Positions 25,674 through 40,820 of a stretch of DNA of 64,000 nucleotides are shown piece after piece. The notes beneath the pieces are model-generated. The model did no database searches. It was not told where the DNA came from and was given only the letters and a program-made list of their open reading frames with translations. The translations under genes were made by a program, and so were the position numbers. Each line of letters opens with the position of its first letter. The stretch's first letter is position 1. Origin of the DNA: Cycas panzhihuaensis (taxonomy: Eukaryota; Plantae; Cycadophyta); contig CM041465.1 of NCBI GenBank assembly GCA_023213395.1, positions 199,089,741 to 199,153,740 of the forward strand, read 5' to 3'.

Positions 25674-28600
25674 CCATCCCTTAATGATGAGTTTATTCAT
25701 TTTGACATCGAGGCCAAGCCCAAAACTTTTAAATTTGTTGCAAGAGAGTGCCCCCATGAATATATCTATAATCTAATCATTGACAAGTTTATAGATCAAA
25801 TCTATCTTACCATCCTATATATGCTCCCTTTTGAACTAATGATAAACCTCAATGTGTTTAGTTCTAACATGGAACACATGATTCTTGGTCAATTTGAGAA
25901 CACTTTGATTATTATAAAATAATGATGTAGCTTGTGTCTGACTAATTTCAAGCTCTTTAAGAATCCTCCTAAGCTAGATAGCATCAATAATTGCACTAAT
26001 AGTGGCTTTATACTCAAATTTAGTTGAAGATAGAGTGACATTAAGCTATCTTTTGTAATACCATGAAACTAAATCAGAACCCATGTTAAAATAATAGTAT
26101 GAGGTTGATTTGTAACTATCTTTGTGTCCAACCTAATCTACATCAGTGTAACCTATTAATAAAAGATTTTTCACATGACAGTAATCAAGTCTAAACTAAA
26201 GAGTATCTTAAAGATATCTTAGGATCCCCATTAATGCTTTTTAAAATGAAATCATGGGTTTTGTCATGAACTTAGAATAGATCCCAATGACATAGATAAT
26301 ATTAGGTCTAATATAAATGAGTTAAATTAATTTTTCCATAAGTTCGTTATGCAACATAAGATCCATAGGTTTTCCACACTCATCAATGTCAAATTTTAGA
26401 CTTGTCTTCATAGGAGTTGACAATCAATTACATTTATCCATCTTAATTTTTAAAGAATTTCCTTTATATATTTTGACTATAAAAGGAAAATATAGCTTAG
26501 CTCCTACCAAACTTCCATGCCAAGAAAATAATGAAGTAGTTCAAGGTAAGTCATCTCAAAGCTACTATTTAGTTCTCTTTGGAGATATGTAATCCATTTT
26601 ATGTAATTACCAATTATCAATAACTCATCAATATAAAGTACGACAAGAGTGATCAAACCATTATGGATTTTAACATATAGATTTAGATCTAAAGATAAGT
26701 AAATGAGTCCATGCTTTTGAAAATATTCATCAATCTTTGTATACCAAGCATAAGGTGATTGCTTAAGGCTATATAATAGTGATTTTAGTTTACAGGCTAA
26801 GTGTTCTTTTCTATGAACAACAAACCTAAGAGGCTAATTTATGTATATTTCATCTTATAAGTTACCATTTAAGAAGGTACTTTTTATATTAATATGGTAA
26901 ATAGGCCAATTGAAATGAGTTGCAAGTGTCAAAACAAGCCTTATAATGGTCATCTTGGCAATTGGTTTAAATGTATCATCATAATCAATACCTTCAACAT
27001 GCTTGAAACCTTTGGCAATCAAATATTTTTTATGACATTAAATAGAGCCATCTATATAAAATTTTATTTTATAAATCTATCTATAATCAATTAGTTTCTT
27101 CTCTTCAAGCATCTCAACAAGGTCCTAAGTATTATTTTGTAAGATAGAATCCACTTCTTCAGTCATTGTTGTTTGTTATTTTAGATCTCAAACAACTTCC
27201 TTAAAAGTAGACAATACAAGAGCTTATAACATTTCTTCCATTAAGGAAAAATTTGTGTATGGCTTGTATTTCAATTGTCTCTTTGCTTATTATGGTGATG
27301 AAGGAGTATAAGAGATTATTTACATATACCATTTAGGCAACTGCTTTAAAGTAGCACCATCCTTAATATCCTTTAAAGGGTTGATAAGAGTAGATGTAGA
27401 TGTAGAGGTAAGTGGTGCAGATAATGTACTACGAGTGTATGTTGATGTAGGAGGCATATGTTCTATAGGAATATTTTATGGGGTAAGAGGAGCAATCATT
27501 CTTTGTCAGACTAATCATTAAATAATGAAATCTATATGATATCCAAATATTGATTCTCTTATAAGAAAATAACATATTAATATATATACATTTGCTTGGT
27601 GGTATGATCATACAATTTATATACTTTACAATTGAGTTGATACTTATTAAAGATTCATTTCTTACTCTTATCATCCAAAATTTTCCTTTCTTCTTTTGGT
27701 ATGAGCATGTATGCTATATAACTAAAAGTGCATAAATGTAAGATTGTAGATTTTTAACCTGACTAGGCCTCCTTGGGGGTAATGTTTAATACTACCTTAG
27801 TTAGATTTCTATTTATGACATATATTGTTATATGAAGTATTTTAACCTAGAATTAAACTCCTAAATTCTTGACGGTAAGCATGCCTTTGCCTTTACTAAC
27901 CAAGTTCTAATTCATTCTCTTAGTAACTCCATTTTGCTAAAGGGTGTATGGGGTAGAAAATTATTGTTTGATGCTAATATCCTTATAGAATTAAGTGAAC
28001 TCATTTGATGTGTATTCACCTCTATTATCAAAATGAAGGCTTTTTAGTAGCTTTCCATATTCAAGTTTAACATTATACTTAAACTCTTTGAATTCATTAA
28101 AGGCTTTTTATTTCTACTTTAGGAAATATACCCATATTTTTCTAGAGTAGTCATCAATAAATATTATAAAATAATGACAACCTCTAAAGAATACTTAGGA
28201 CATAAGTCTATAAATGTTTGAATGTACTATGCCTAAAGGTTCCTTAGTATACTAGGCTCTTTCATCTCACCTAAAAGGAGCCCAATAATGTTTGTCCATA
28301 ACACAAGCCTCACAAATACATTTAATCCACTTTAAATTTGGTATACCATATACTATATTTAATTTATAAAGTAGATGAATATTGTTCATGTTCAAGTGAT
28401 CTAGGCATTGATGCCATAATTAGTCTTTTGGAATTCTAGGAGAAATATATTATTTTAAAGTAAATTAATCATTTGAATCTAATGTTGAAGTAGAAGGATC
28501 AGAAGTGGAAGTTGAATTACTATAAGAACCCAATTCATGTGACTAGATCAATGGTCTAGTTATAGCACCAAGCTTGTATAGTCATTCATCTCCGTATCCT

Positions 28601-31600
28601 AAGGAAATTAAGTTGCCATTTAGATATATAATTAGGTATTTTCCACCATGGCTAAACAAAATATCAAAGTTTTATTGATCTATTTAGCTAATTGATAGTA
28701 CGTTACGTGTTATGCTAGGTACATAGTAAACATTATTAAGATGATGTGGAATATCTGAATTCTTTAATGAGATAGGGACATTACTAATCTTGATAACTTC
28801 TAGAGTACTATCATCTCCAAAAGTGACATATTGATCCTAAATTGGTCTTGTATCAGTGATGAGTTCTTCTAAACCAATCATATTATGAGGCACTTAAATC
28901 GATCAACTAGGAAATATTAGAATGATGAGTTGATAAAGAAGCAAAGAAAATATTTCGAGAGTTGGCCATGCAGCTTTCTTAATTCTGTCTCTAGTTACAA
29001 TTCCTATTTTATTAGTTTCTCTAAGAAGCATTCTAATTTTGTCTCCTCGATCCCTGGTAATTTAGCTCATTTTATCTCTATAGTCCTTGATAATTTCTAT
29101 ATCAATGATTTTAATTACCCTATATAGTAGGGTGATTTTAAAACTAATACTTCTAAAGGTTGACTATCTTTTTCCTATAGTTAGGTGTTATATGTCTAGG
29201 TTTTCCATAATAGTGATAAACAACCTAAGAATTATAAGGTGGTTAAGGCTGACATGGTGATATAACTACTAATTAGTCTACTAGTTCAAATTCATTAAAC
29301 CAAATTCTTCTTAGAGTAGTAGACCCTTAAATGTATTGAAATTAATATTAGCAAGTCAATATGTATGTGATAGATTAGATATAAGGGAGTTATAACTAGC
29401 TGGAAAGATATTGACAATGCAATAGATGAGATCACTATCATCTCGTGGCTAACCCATCACTATTAACCATTTCTTAATCACCTTAATTTAGGACAAATAA
29501 GTTGTTATAGATCCTTCAAATAGAATGGAGTAAAGCTAGCCCTCCAGCATCACTACTCTAGCATTATCCTTCCTCTTATAAAGTGCATGTATAATATTCC
29601 AAGCATCTAGAGAGGTAGGGATCAATTTAATATTCTAGTCAACACTATCTTCACATAACAAGTTTAAAAAAGAAAGGGAAACTTCATCAATCTCTTCAAA
29701 GATAGCTACAACATTAGAATCAAGAGGAATGAGGTTATTAAAATCATTAGGTTATTGAATGGGAATTAGCTTAGGAAATTTTTTAGAAACAAAAATCCAA
29801 AGTTTATTTATTATCAATATATGCTTAACTTATTTTTTCCAAACCAAGAAATTATCACTACCAAAAAGTTTAATAGTACTAGTTATAATCATTTGAGATG
29901 CCATGATATCTGATATGTATCCTATCTAAATAAAAAGATATACTAATCTAGTATCTATGTCTCAGTGTCTCTAATCCTAATAGTCTTTGGTAGTTGAGAT
30001 GGTACTATCTAATGGCACACTTTATCATAAGTGGTAGATTGAGGACCTAATATACTTGAATATACATAAGTACTATAGAAGACTTGACTGCCTCTCTGAC
30101 ACTATTAATCCACTTGCGCTAGATTTATGACATAAATGGCAGATCCTCATTTAAGGGTACACTTATAGCCAAGGTGCTTATCCTCTCCAAGTCTAACCTA
30201 GTATCCAAACTCTAAGATTTTCTATAACACCTTAGATTACTACTAAATACACTTGATAGTCAATGGGCTTCTCTAATATCTATAGAATTTGAGAAAGACC
30301 ACTAGCATATATAGAGTGGTAACTTCAGGGATCCAACTCATTGCCCTTATAAGGTTAGTAATAAGGCAGTTTAGTTAGGTATTATTTTTTAAATATTTTT
30401 TATTAATTTTTAAAAGATTTTATTATTAAAAGACTAAATTTTATGTTTGAAGTAGTAAAAATAGAAAAAAGAAACCCTTAAAAAACTAAAAATTTACCTA
30501 AAATAGATTAAAAATAGGCCCTTGAAAAGCTTATAAAATGAGAAAAAAATAAGTTTTAAGTTGGGGACCTTTATCAAATATCGAATATTTTATGAATATA
30601 CTAATCTAAATAACTTAAAATTTTTAAACTTTATAAAAAATTAAAATAAATTATGGGATTTTGAAAAGATGATAATAAAGTTTAGATACTAGTAACTAGT
30701 TCTTTCTATAAAAGTTATAAAATCTCATTCTGTCTTCTCCATTACAAAGATGACATTTCTAAGATCAAAATATATAGTCATATGGTATAGTTTTAGTTGT
30801 CTAATAGTAAGTAAGAATTTGATGAAATTAATAACTTTATTTAAATCCATAATTTAAAGCAGATCGATCAAATTTAAGTGATAATAGTTTCTATTTGCCT
30901 CTGTATTAGCTCTTAAACTACTCTAAATCTTTTGCATCCTGGTTTAGTCATTAAACAACCATAAAAAAGGCTGGGATTATAGTCCACCATATAAAAATAT
31001 AGCCTGTAGAAATCACTATTATGCAGATGACAATGTTGTGGAGATCCAAAGAAGACCACTAGAGATTAAATGAGCTAATAACCACAAAATTAACAAGCCA
31101 TCAATGACACATCCTATGTAGAGGAACACAAAGGCCACATAATGAGAGAATAGTTGAGCACGAAGGGCCATAAATGATAGATGATAGCCATGTAGGGACA
31201 AATAATAGACATGTAAGTAGATGTAGAGATTCTAAAAAAATGCATAGGGACATGAGGGTATTTCATAAAGATCATCATGATGGCAGCTATATAAATGGTA
31301 GCCATGCAGATGAGAGAAGTAGGCCCAAATAAAGATGCAGATGGGAGCCACAAAAGGTAGTCCTACATGCAATCCCTCATATAGATAGAAGCCAAGTATA
31401 ATATTTAAAGAGAATTATGTCTTATGCAAAGGTAAGTATAAATCACCAAAGCCAAGAGATGAATGGAGGTCACCACTCTAATTAACAATTGTAATACATC
31501 TTGAACATAGCCAATAAATCATATTATAATGAGTACCTTTTCATATATAGATCAAATTCTTAAATACATCTACTAAATCATCTATTCAATATATCAAGCA

Positions 31601-31829
31601 TTTCAATATTTATTCAATGATGTAAACAATAATGATGAGATTTTATAAACGATAACTCTTTAATATAAAAGTCATTTGATTTGATTAATAAATTAAAAAT
31701 AGTAGAAGCATAACTACTTTCTCTAATTCAGTTGAGACAATGAAGGCAATAGTTGAAAGTAGTTAGTACAAAGAGGGAGGTTGAGTAAATAGACTAGAAA
31801 TTGGCTACAAACTTGGTTTTTACACCAAG

Positions 31830-32291
31830 TGAATGGAGAGAGGTCTGCCTGGTTTTAGCCCAAGTTTAAGACTCATAAACACCCATAAAACATTCAATCA
31901 ATAAGTACATTAAGCAACTAAATTCCTCACAAATGCTCCAAATAGAACTTACATTAATCTGTAATATAAAAGTACATTACATGATATAAAATTACATAGA
32001 AGAAAGCCTTGTATAAAGAATAAAAGAGGTTGTTATGATGCATATTGGGAATATTAAATGTAAGATTATGCAAGGTGACCATTGGCACCTTGCATAATTA
32101 AACCAAGTTTATAACAATTGAATATTGAGAGCAAATAAACCCCCACACACCTAGGTTCATAATATTAAGTTATGACTTAACCCTTTTTATGATAAAGAAG
32201 CCCTCAATATAAACTATGTAGAAATATTACATCAATATAATACAATTAATCCTTGATGAATTAATGAAGTCTATTATTAATTATTCTATCA
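31830..32291 (-). repeat. 5' LTR of copia
   Basis: Aligns over its full length with 25209-25673. Confidence 0.9.
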
Positions 32292-33084
32292 TACTAGAGG
32301 TCTATAAAAATCATGGAGATTAGTTATTTGTAGTTAAGAATAATTAGGTATATGCTATTGCATTGAGTGAGGTGTAAATTACATTAATACCTAAGCCTTA
32401 GATAAAACACATCTACAAAATTAAGCCTCTGCATACCTTTAGGTATAAAGGAGGACCCTTATAAGTTCTCTTACCGAATTAGTATAGGAATACTATCAAT
32501 TGATTATCCTCTTATAGTGCATAGGCTAATAGTTAATGCTTAGAAGTTACCCTACTTAAACATCATTGAATGAATGTAAAACCTATGGGTGCTGATATTT
32601 CTTTATAGATAGTATCCTGAGATATTAAGTTGATCTATAGTAATGATAGAGAAGTTTATCTTAGGGCCTATAAATATAAATACTCCTTTATTAGAGTCTA
32701 TTAGGTCCCCATATCACCTGTATAACATTTATTACATAAATATTCTATACAAAGATCTTGAGACTATTGTACTTCTATTGATATTATTAGAAAACTACTA
32801 CAATTTTATGATTACAAGTTAAAGAAATGATTGTTACTTATTATTGAATCTAAATTAGTAAAAACACTCCTTATAAATACTACTACAATCAACAAAATGA
32901 TCATTAAAAAAAAAAAGGAAAGAAAGAAAGAGCAACAAGACTATAAAATTAGAGCACTCATTCTATTTTTATAAAATTTACATAATTTAGCTTTGAAGCT
33001 CTTTTAGTATAGTCATCATCTAGAAACACAACATTGGAGACCCTATCTAAACTTTTAGTATTATCTATATCCTATTTGGTATAC

Positions 33085-33152
33085 ATTAGAGTCAATATTC
33101 AATTTAATTGAGTCAAGTCCATATTAGAGTCAATATTCAATCCAATTGAGTT
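33085..33152. repeat. 38-bp tandem duplication
   Basis: attagagtcaatattcaat(tt/cc)aattgagt occurs twice (33085 and 33123). Confidence 0.8.
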
Positions 33153-33197
33153 TAGTTCTTTACACCCTCAATCCCTTAGTTTGTCCACTTTAATCTT

Positions 33198-33201
<4 letters not shown>

Positions 33202-33232
<31 letters not shown>
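33202..33232. repeat. (AG)n microsatellite
   Basis: Directly visible. Confidence 0.95.
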
Positions 33233-33234
<2 letters not shown>

Positions 33235-33719
33235 TTTGTAAATACTTCTCATATTCAAATAAGACCTACACCATTAGACTTGGCAAAAAATAAAATATCC
33301 ATGACTCTAGAGTAACCATAAAAGTTTATATATCTTATTTTAATCAATATATTACAGTGAGAAATCTCCATTAAGCCATTTTTAACTATCATTTTTTAGA
33401 AAAACTAGCCTATAGGCATCCCATAGAGTTCACAAGTCTAAATGTTTTATTTACTTACCACTCACGTATATCATCCCGATGAGTTTGTTATACTTATACA
33501 AGTACACTAGGTGATTTTCTTACTCAAATTTTAGGGTCAACAATCTATAAACACCCCACACCCCACCCTCTTTTTCCCTTTCATACATTCCCATTTTTTA
33601 ATACCCGTTCTACTTATCTTTCCCCATTCGATCAAAACCTATTCTTTCTTATTTCTCTTATTTTTTACATCCCTTTCTTCTTACTATATTCCACTTTATA
33701 AAGACCTTTTTTATCTTTC

Positions 33720-36580
33720 ACAAATGATGGCACCACTAAGCTAATTCAAGTGCCTCTCCTCTTTGGAAACACAACCCCTTACTATGCAAGACATGCATGA
33801 ATATAATATATCCAAGCTCTCAATGAACTTTGTAAATGTAGCCAAAGAGACTACAACCATACATATCTAACTTTCTAGTTTCATCTTAACATTAAACTCC
33901 AACACCACAAATACCTCACAAGGCAAACCTTTATAAGGTAGAACCCACCTCTCCAATATCCACGTTAGTAAATAGTTAATCATAAAATCAATATACTAAT
34001 ATTTGATCTAGACCTCAACAAGGATGCAACTTGCAGTTAGATTAGTAAACTAGATTCATATTTTGTAGTTAATTAGATATCCTAAGTTGATTAGTTGATA
34101 TTTACCTTGATCCACTTGAAACTCAATTACCACTTTATACATCCCATATGGTTTTGTCACAAGGCATTAGACCTTGCATTCCTTCTCCTAGAGCGTCTAA
34201 TATGGTACCCTCTTCCCAACATATTTCTCATACTTACCACGTTCATCCTCATACCTCAATTAGCCAATATTAAGTTTTAGGAGTTATAAAACCTACTTCT
34301 TCATTACATATTCCTAGGCCCACTTCACAACTAGCTTCTTTTCCTTTATTTAATCCCATCCTTGCACAATATCCTATGCCCTAAACTAACTCTGTGGTTA
34401 ACCATGTAGCTTGGTTCAATCCTTCATCTACTTTTCCATCCCATCCTATTCCCCAACAGTAACTACAACAACCTATTCATTCTTTTATTCCATATCCATC
34501 ATCCTTGCCTCAATGCCCTACTACATTGAGGCCAAGGAAACTGTTTTTTTATTACGTGAAATCTCCTTTTATGTGTGAGGTCCTTTTATCTCCCATACCT
34601 CCATTCCTTCATGAGTTACCTAAATGTTTGGGTAACTCTTCTCAAGACCCCACTTCCCACATACAAGCATTTGTACTTACTTGTGTAGATTTCATACCGT
34701 ATGATTACAACATGATATGCTTGTTACCTAAATCACTTCAAGGTGATGCCTTGAAATAGTTTTACCAATTTCCTTCAGCCTTTGTCCTCTCGTTCCAACA
34801 ATTAGTTGATTTTTTTATCAACTATTTTGATGTAGTGAGGCATCAAGTCCCTTCTAACTATCAAATAAAACCATGATGAAACCTCTAGAGACTTTGTGAG
34901 AAGGTTCCAAGACTAAGTACATGCTTTCCATTCACGTCTTTATCATAGTCTCCTATTTGATTTGTTCATCAATGTTTTGAGGCCACATGTATATCTTAAA
35001 GTTCTTAAGCTTGGCCCTCAAACTTATTAAGAAATTATTGATTGTTGTCAAGCTTTAGAAACATTTGATATTTAAGCAGATATTTAGAAGGTTGGGAAAC
35101 ATATTCCTTCCAAAGAAACTATTTAAACAATGAAGGCTTCTCATCCTTAACCTATCTACAATCACCTAACCTCTTCAATTAGATTGTTGGAGCATTCAAT
35201 CAGTACTAAGTTACATGTTGATGGTCCTTTCAAGAGTCAACCCTCTCAAGAAATAAAAGTGATCTATCTTACTAAAAGAAGAAAGAAACAAGTTCCTCCT
35301 CCACTTCCTTCTTCTTTCAGAAAGACAAAATGGTTTTCATATCATTAAATAGATGCTCATGAAAGAAATGAGTGTCATATGGTTTAAACTATTTCTCAAA
35401 ATATGAATGTTTAATTGAATCGCTCATCTAAGTCATCCCAAGATCAAATGACTCATAAGGATCCTTTGCCTCAACCTAATCAAAAAGAAAATAAAGATAA
35501 TAAAGGCAAGGAAAAGTAGGTTTATGATGATGAAGGTGAGCCTTTGGGTTCTAATTCATTAAAGAAGACTGCTACTCTTTTGAATTATTCAACAAAATAA
35601 ACTTATAACCAAACTTGCCTGCCTCCCAAAGGTGGTGACACCAAGAGAATGATAAACATGGTGGAGACAACCAAAAGTGCAGGTAGATCTAAATCACCTG
35701 ATGATTTAATGGTGAGGAATCCCGACTCTTTACCTCTTATAACCCTATGTCCCATCAGGTTTAGGTCCATTTCCTTCAATTTAAATGATGGATCATTCTC
35801 TTTGGTCGATGAGCTAAAAACCATTCCTACAAGTATTTTAGTTATTGATTTAATAAAGTGTTATCCTTAGTAATGTCAACTCTTGTTTGATACATTGGGA
35901 GTTCCTATTATAGCCTCTTCATCTGCTTCCATACTTTCTTTTAACCTAGCTTCCTTGTCTAATCATTCTACTCATGCACCAAATGATATACCTCCATTCT
36001 ATATTGAGATTATAAAGGATGATATTAATATTAAGTGTGTTTTTATTGATGAGGGATCATTTGTTAATGTAATCCCTCTTTATCTTGTTGAGGATTTTAA
36101 AATTTTGGTTTTTGATCTGTGTTAGTGGATTTACCAGGGATATGATAAGAATTAGAAAGTACCCCTAAGTCAAGTCATTATCCCTCTTACTTTGGAAGAA
36201 AAAGTAGTCCTCACTGAGTTAACTATCATTGAGCTTGACTTTAAGTACAATATTCTTTTAAGTAGACCATGGATTACCTAAATATCAATAGTTTATTCCT
36301 CCCTCTTTGGTGAACTCATGTTCATCCATTAAAAGTTGTGAAGCAAAAATCAAAACCAATTAAGCAGTCAAGCCCTCTTGTTGAGACTCTTTCTAAACCT
36401 GGTAAATCATCAAAATATTTAGAGTACTTCTTTTAATCAATTGGTCTAGGCCACTACTTTTCCATTGAAGCTCCTTTTACTCATCAAGAAGTAAATGTTC
36501 CTTTTTCTTCATGTTCCTCATCTATTCCTTCTACCTTGGGTATGACTAATCAATATTTGGTTTCCTCTTCCTCTCGTAAT
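33720..36580 (+). mobile_element. Degenerate Tat-like gypsy gag and protease fragment, related to the 41676-54095 element
   Basis: Gag DPTSHIQAF...SLQGDALK*FYQ (34640-34770) parallels DPMKYVRSF...GDALKWFYY (52010-51890); protease VFIDEGSFVNVIP ~36038-36077; no RT seen downstream. Confidence 0.75.
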
Positions 36581-37000
36581 AAAGTAACCCATATATATGA
36601 ATGGTTTAGACTTATTTTTTCTACTTACAAGTAGCTGAAAATTTACCCTACAACTTTACATCATGTATTTTATAAATAATAATTGATTTATGATAAAAAA
36701 ATTAATACAATCTCTCTTAGTAAAATAAAAAATTAGTTACAAAGATTAATAAAAAGTTAATTTTTCTTAGGAGGCCAAAGCCAGGAAACCTTCTTTGGAC
36801 TAACAACTTTGATCCTTAATACACCTGTAAATAAATAGAGGATATTAAAATATTCTATAAATGAAATACAAACTTTGCATGATAAAACAACTCTTAAAAT
36901 TTTAAAAATAATAAATGCACTCTCAATACTTCATATTGAGGGTGAAAGAGAGGCCAAATGACTCCATGCAAGTAGAATGGAGTGAATAGATCCCCTTCTA

Positions 37001-37326
37001 ACTCTGATACTACATGAAGGAAGGACAGATCTAGGGAATAAATCACTTACATATACATAATGGCAATGAAGAATGAAAAAGAGATGAAACAAGATATGAG
37101 AATAAAGCTTGGAGGTGAGAATGAATAATAACTCTCTTTTTAAGATTTCGACTTTTATTATTGAGGGTGAGCATTAGGGTTAGAATTTTCTCACCTAATG
37201 ATATAAATCTGAAATTATATCTAAATACACATAAAACACATTTTACTAAGAGACTAATGCTAATAATATATCCTAAGGTCACTTAATTAATCTACATAAA
37301 TGACCTTGACACATTAACCTCTTTCA
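37001..37326 (-). mobile_element. Orphan 5' LTR with PBS of a truncated LTR element
   Basis: PBS reverse complement actctgatacta 37001-37012; LTR tgaagg (37015)...ctttca (37326). Confidence 0.55.
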
Positions 37327-40034
37327 TTAAAATTAGCTTCAAAGCATACTAAATTATGACAAAAAAATAAGGGTTTTAAACTAATATTTAAATAATTTAG
37401 ATGGAATCAAATTTTGATACCTATAACAAAATTCATGGCTCTTTTAAGGCATGTCATAATTTAGGATTTTTAGGGATTATAGTAATACCTATTATTAAAA
37501 TATTTATAATCTTTTACCTTAATATTCAATAGTGTCAAAACCACATCCAAATGAAAGTAGACTTTGAGATATATGTATTCAAAATAAAATTAAGGTTGAT
37601 CAAATACTTATAGCTAAAGTTATGGACATATGAAATTATAGGAGTAGATTTTAAGCCTTATGAACAATGATAAACAATAGGCCAAACTTGAATTCCTTGT
37701 ACCATTTATAATTTCACTATATAATGTATTGTATAACCACTCAAAATTTATATAATAGGTATAGTTATCATAAATCTATTATTACTTTTCCTAAATTTAT
37801 CCATTTGTACTCTAAAAATGTTAGATCTTTAATAGGACAAAAATAAAACTTTGATGACACTTGTAGTGATCCTAAATTAGATCTACTTTATCAAACATGA
37901 AAAAAGTTAAAATGATTATCCTATGAGTCCATTAGTCAAAATACCCTAAATGAATTACCTCATCGAGGATAATTTATGAATGAATAATAATTCCATATTT
38001 ATAAGTAATAAACTATGTGTTTAATAATTATTATAATTGAGGTTGACTTACAAATTGTGTTAGATCATAACACCATGAGTGTTGGACTATGGATTAAAGA
38101 ACCATTTATAGACTTAAGTATTGAAATTCTAAAGTCAAATTATTTTTTTCTTAAAGAAGTGAATAAGAATCTAGGTGATGATTTCCCTTCTTTCAAGCAA
38201 CAAAGAAATTCAAAAACTTAAGAACTTTTCATTTTGAGCTCCTTATATAGTAACTCAAATATAATATATGATTCCCTAGAATGTAGAGAAGTACCAAATA
38301 GAGGAGAGTTGAGGTGACTTAAAATATTTTGAATGCTTATTTCAAGCTCATATTCTCTTCTTTTGTGAAATCTAGCCATCTACTTCCTAAAATTAAGAAA
38401 TCAAAAACAAAAAAAAAAATATCCCATTACTTACTCCAACTAAATAATCCTACCAATGTCAATTAATAGATGTAAAACCAAATTTTAAATTCAGAAAAAA
38501 TTAATATAGTTATAGGAGTAATTGAGGATAAATATAGTAAATTTAAATAAACACTTTGTAGAGGGATTCAATTTACACCTACTAAGAAAATAACTGTAAA
38601 TCAGTGAATACAGATTCCTATAAGTAAAGATATACAATTCCATGGTAATAATAGTCTAGATAAAAGCAAACTCAATTAGCACTTGGCCTCCCATTACAAA
38701 AAATGAACCTTGATATATTGGATTGAGCTAGACCATAATAAAAAAGACCTAGGTGAGATTTGAGTGCATACCAAGATTAAGCTTCTACATAATAAATGAA
38801 TTCAAAAAGACACCCAAACCTTGTCCTTGATAAATTCTACAATACTAAAATCATCAATTAAATCCTAATAGGAAAAATAAAGGAATAATTACAATCACAT
38901 TCATCTAACCAAATGAATTGAAAAATTAGGACACATAGATATTAGCAACATAAACTAATAAAAAATTAAAATAAAAAACTACCCATATATTTTACATTTG
39001 TATAATATAACTCAAACAAACATGTAAATCTTTAAGCCTTGTAGCATAGCACATAATCATTCCACTTATGCCTTACCTATGAATAGAAACAACAAAATTA
39101 TTAGAACTCTAAATATTCCTAATAACATTTATAAGTTTGAAAACTACTAGTTTACATTTTTATAAGCTTAATAATTTAGAAATACCTACTTCTATGAGAA
39201 TGCAAGATTTGAAATTACTTCTTTTCAAAGTAAGATAAAATCCTATAATACTTTAAGAAAATATAGAGAAATGCATATAGATGACTAGAAAGAAACTTAA
39301 TGAGGACCAACTAGTAAAACTAATATATGTTTTAGGAAAATCTTCTTTTATTCATGTATTATCTTTGAGAAGTATTCAAACTTATTATCCTTGTTCTCAA
39401 TCAAAGCTTCAATAAAATACTTAAAGTTCTAACAACCTTCCCTCCCAGAGTGGGACATAAGAAAAATAGATTTATTTGGAGACTTAAAAATAGACTACAA
39501 AGGATTGTACATAAGAGAGAAATTAATATATTTTTTAGACCTAGAAACTATAGATCATCCATAATCTTGATCATGTGGGGAAGTGTGGATCTCTTTAACT
39601 ATGCTTTTCAAATTAACAATAGATAAAAATTGGGATGACAAAAGGGATCTTTAGACTAATAATAATTAGGATTCTTAGATGCATACAAAAATTTTTATTG
39701 AGGAGTTTATGCTTGAGGATAAGGAATGACTAAAGGGTTGGACTTCATAATGTATCTTAGTTTACTATAATGAAAACATGCATTTAGAATATTATTGTAT
39801 TAAATCATTTAGAGAAAGTTTTCCTTGCAGACATAGTTGGAGATTTCTTCAATAAGGTTTTTCAATAGATTTTATTCCAAAAAATCTTAGGGATAATGAT
39901 GACTACTAAATTGATCATTAGGGGTTTTAGATATTAATCAACTAAGAGGAGATACTAAGATATCTAAAGAAATGTCATGAGTAAAGGGAAAGTTTTGGTA
40001 GTATCACTTATATTATATTAGATCTGGTATTGGA

Positions 40035-40355
40035 GTGATACCACATCTTAAGAGAAGAAATATAAAATACAATGATGAACTATAAAAATAAAATCAACTT
40101 GTTATATTATAATACAAAATATTCATACATATATAAGATAGCCACATATGGGTGAGATCTTTGAAGATCAATAATGGTGTGCTCTTGGTGGCTTAGCATA
40201 TAAACCGGGATGCTACTTACATATATATTAAGATGAGTGCAATGTAATAATAAGAATAATATTGAGGGTTACAAGAGCATAAAGGGGGGATCTATATAAT
40301 CACTAACAAATTAAACATTAGTCTAAACATTATACATAATATTGCTCTCCCTTAA
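40035..40355 (-). mobile_element. LTR flanked by a PBS-like and a PPT-like motif
   Basis: gtgatacca 40035-40043; LTR ~40046-40341; ttgctctcccttaa 40342-40355 (reverse complement of a PPT). Confidence 0.45.
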
Positions 40356-40689
40356 TACTTAATTCATAGTTGTCATATATGTTATCTTTATTGCTTTATT
40401 TTCTTATTATTATAGTTGCTCTAAGTTGCATAGAATCTTTATCAAATTGCTAATGTCTGTATGAATATAACTCCATCTATTGGATCATAGTGGTAGCTAA
40501 CCATTTTGATCACTAGTTCTATAGATAGTCACTTTGGTTATATGATTCAATCAACTCTACCATTAAGACCACTCTAGGAACATGTCATCCTATATGGCCT
40601 ATTAAGTGTGTTAGAAGTATGTAAGAGTAACTAGAAAGAATGTCCCACCTCTTACTAAATTGGACTATAAGGTAGCTTTCTAATGGCTA

Positions 40690-40820
40690 GAAATACTATG
40701 ATGGGTACTATGGCCTTAAATTTTCCACTATGGGCTCTAAATCATGCCTTAATAGGCTACAATCATGCCACTATGGGATTTAACATACCTCTTTAGGCTT
40801 CAACATGCCTCTATGGACTT
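40690..40820. repeat. Degenerate ~21-bp minisatellite (aatcatgccactatgggct-like)
   Basis: About 5-6 diverged units. Confidence 0.55.

Larger units (their letters stand above)
25209..32291 (-). mobile_element. Full-length degenerate Ty1/copia element with TSD tgcta/tacta
   Basis: LTRs 25209-25673 and 31830-32291 (TG...CA). Reverse-complement PPT ccatcccttaa after the left LTR; degenerate PBS 31815-31827. Gag start MASQMI ~29904; INT ~27600-28420; RT ~26150-27100; RH ~25700-26150. TSD 25204-25208 and 32292-32296 differ by one G>A. Confidence 0.9.

Noticed and set aside
37900-39990. Possible LINE remnant
   Set aside because: Only faint motif traces; too degenerate to support
40690-40820. CRISPR-like array
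   Set aside because: Degenerate tandem units without unique spacers, in a eukaryotic context
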